From the NCBI GenBank assembly GCA_051652765.1, contig JBOFUV010000131.1:42984-106983 (forward strand): DNA of 64,000 nt. Direction: 5' to 3'. The notes below the pieces were generated by a model that was given only the letters and a program-made list of their open reading frames with translations, had not been told where the DNA came from and did not search any database. This document shows, piece by piece, positions 62,286 to 64,000 of this stretch (positions within the stretch are counted from its first letter, which is position 1; every line of letters starts with the position of its first letter). The translations under genes and the position numbers were made by a program. Source of the stretch: Microcoleaceae cyanobacterium. GTDB lineage: Bacteria; Cyanobacteriota; Cyanobacteriia; Cyanobacteriales; Microcoleaceae.

Positions 62286-62855
62286 CTAGGCATACTGGTC
62301 AACAAAGCTTTGCAAACCCGAACTGTAGCCCTGACCAACAGCCTGGAAGCGCCATTCCCCTCCTTTTTTATAAAGTCGCCCAAACTCGACTGCGGTTTCC
62401 CGCGAGAAGTCTTCTTCCAAGTCATACTTGGTGACTTCTGTATCGGTTTCAGCATCATAAATTCGGATGAAAGAATTACGAACTTGACCAAAGTTTTGTC
62501 GTCGTTTGTCAGAGTCGTGAATGGTCACAACAAAAACGATTTCTTCAATGGCCGGATTGATTTTTGTCAGGTCAACTTCAATCGTTTCATCATCTCCGCC
62601 GCCTTCCCCGGTTCGACTATCTCCAAGATGACTGACGGCTTTGTCAGGAGAAACCAGGTTGTTGTAAAACACAAAGTATTCATCCTGGGGAATTTTGCCA
62701 TTTCCACCTAACATAAACACAGAGGCATCCAAGTCAAAAGCCGCCCCAGTATCTGTTAAATTCACATCCCACCCCAGACCCACTCCAGCTTTGGTCAAGC
62801 TCGGAGCTTCTTTTGCCAGGTTAATTCGTTCTCCCTTGCGAATATTGATTGACAT
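62286..62855 (-). CDS. terD: TerD family stress protein
   Basis: GLGWD, FDLDAS, FYNNL, GDSRTGEGGGDDE, WRFQAVGQG. Confidence 0.9.
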   Translation of the reverse strand: MSINIRKGERINLAKEAPSLTKAGVGLGWDVNLTDTGAAFDLDASVFMLGGNGKIPQDEYFVFYNNLVSPDKAVSHLGDSRTGEGGGDDETIEVDLTKINPAIEEIVFVVTIHDSDKRRQNFGQVRNSFIRIYDAETDTEVTKYDLEEDFSRETAVEFGRLYKKGGEWRFQAVGQGYSSGLQSFVDQYA

Positions 62856-62945
62856 TGTTTCAGCCTATGAATTATTTAAGGTTAAGTTCTGAAGGTTAAG
62901 GGTTAAACGCCAAGTTCTAAAGACCACCATTAGTCCAGAATCAAG

Positions 62946-63515
62946 TTAAGTATACTGCTCAACAAAACCAGCCAAACCCGAATTATATCCTTGCCCAACG
63001 GCTTGAAATCTCCATTCCGCATCTTTCAGATAAAGCCGCCCAAATTCCACAGCCGTTTCTCGGGAAAAGTCTTCATCTAGGTCATAGCGAGCGACTTCAT
63101 TTTGAGTCGCAGCATCGTAAATCCGAATATAAGCGTTTCTCACTTGACCAAAATTTTGGCGGCGGGTTTCGGATTCATGAATCGTGACCACAAACAACAT
63201 CTCTTGAATCGCTGCATTCACCTTCGTTAGCTCAACCGTAATATCTTCGTCATCTCCAGTTCCTTCTCCTGTGCGACTGTCCCCCAGGGATTTTACAGAA
63301 TCATCAAGGGACTGCAAGTTGTTGTAAAACACGAAGTAACGCTCGTTCGGAACTTTGCCGTTTTCCCCCAACATAAACACTGAGACATCGAGATCAAATT
63401 GCTCTCCTGTGTCAGTCCGGTTCACGTCCCATCCCAATCCAATTTTTGCCTGAGTCAAGCCTGGGGCCTCTTTTGCCAGACTAATCCGATCGCCTTTTTT
63501 GAGGTTAATTGCCAT
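62946..63515 (-). CDS. terD: TerD family stress protein
   Basis: Same TerD motifs; close paralog of 62286-62855. Confidence 0.9.
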   Translation of the reverse strand: MAINLKKGDRISLAKEAPGLTQAKIGLGWDVNRTDTGEQFDLDVSVFMLGENGKVPNERYFVFYNNLQSLDDSVKSLGDSRTGEGTGDDEDITVELTKVNAAIQEMLFVVTIHESETRRQNFGQVRNAYIRIYDAATQNEVARYDLDEDFSRETAVEFGRLYLKDAEWRFQAVGQGYNSGLAGFVEQYT

Positions 63516-63520
63516 AGTAT

Positions 63521-64000
63521 CTAACTCCTACAAATTATTTGTTTTTGATATTCAGCTTCAGTCATCAAGTCGTGTGAACTTTCAACCCGATCTAAGAATA
63601 CAACTCCGTTGAGATGATCAAGTTCATGTTGGAAAATTCGAGCCACAAAGTCAGTTAAGGTTTGCTCATGGGATTGGCCTTGGCGATCGCTGTACTCAAC
63701 CTGAACCCACTGATAGCGAGGAACTAAGCCCCGAAGTCCCGGAACACTCAGGCATCCTTCCCAATCTTTGAGAATGGTTTCAGAATGACCAACGATCTGA
63801 GGATTGATCATCGCTGTGGGAGTCATCGTGGGCGCATGGGGATATCGCAAACTGGGGCGAGAGGCCACAATAAACAGGCGATCGCTCTGACTGACCTGAG
63901 GGCAAGCAAGGCCAACGCCATGGGTCAATTCAGCCGTTGCAATCAAATTGTCAATTAGGGCTTGGATGCGTTTGTCTGCAACATGAGAAACGGGTTGAGC
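63521..64000 (-). CDS. def: Peptide deformylase (5' truncated by window)
   Basis: GVGLACPQ, EGCLS, QHELDHLNG; frame open to the window end. Confidence 0.93.
   Translation of the reverse strand, partial: AQPVSHVADKRIQALIDNLIATAELTHGVGLACPQVSQSDRLFIVASRPSLRYPHAPTMTPTAMINPQIVGHSETILKDWEGCLSVPGLRGLVPRYQWVQVEYSDRQGQSHEQTLTDFVARIFQHELDHLNGVVFLDRVESSHDLMTEAEYQKQIICRS

Overview
A cyanobacterial chromosome segment: abundant HIP1 GCGATCGC octamers, por, vipp1/pspA, pmgA, isiA/isiB. The left ~44 kb is mostly housekeeping (bioY, lspA, pmgA, por, dnaE, menD/menB, grxC, acpP-fabF, aroQ, modA/modBC, bcp, glycosylation genes). Notably, dnaE is one continuous, intein-free gene. From ~44.2 to 59.0 kb lies an iron-starvation island with several Fur-like boxes. 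It holds a PiuC-type dioxygenase, a histidine-phosphatase-like protein, two IsiC-like hydrolases, five tandem IsiA/CP43' paralogs (one fused to a PsaL-like domain), flavodoxin and small Cys-rich proteins. The most interesting element is divergent from the isiA cluster: a 48-aa ORF missing from the ORF track (49786-49932, minus strand, strong RBS, C-terminus ...NVDSDGGD). It is followed by hairpins, a JmjC/Cupin_4 2-oxoglutarate oxygenase and a sucrase-ferredoxin, with a GNAT adjacent. I read this as a candidate iron-regulated RiPP (possibly a beta-hydroxy-Asp metallophore); the function is inference. Also seen: a 171-bp MITE with an 8-bp target-site duplication inside the isiA cluster, a ~144-nt structured non-coding candidate between terD and prlC, three terD paralogs and a partial def. 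Gene calls come from motif recognition only; no database searches were run.
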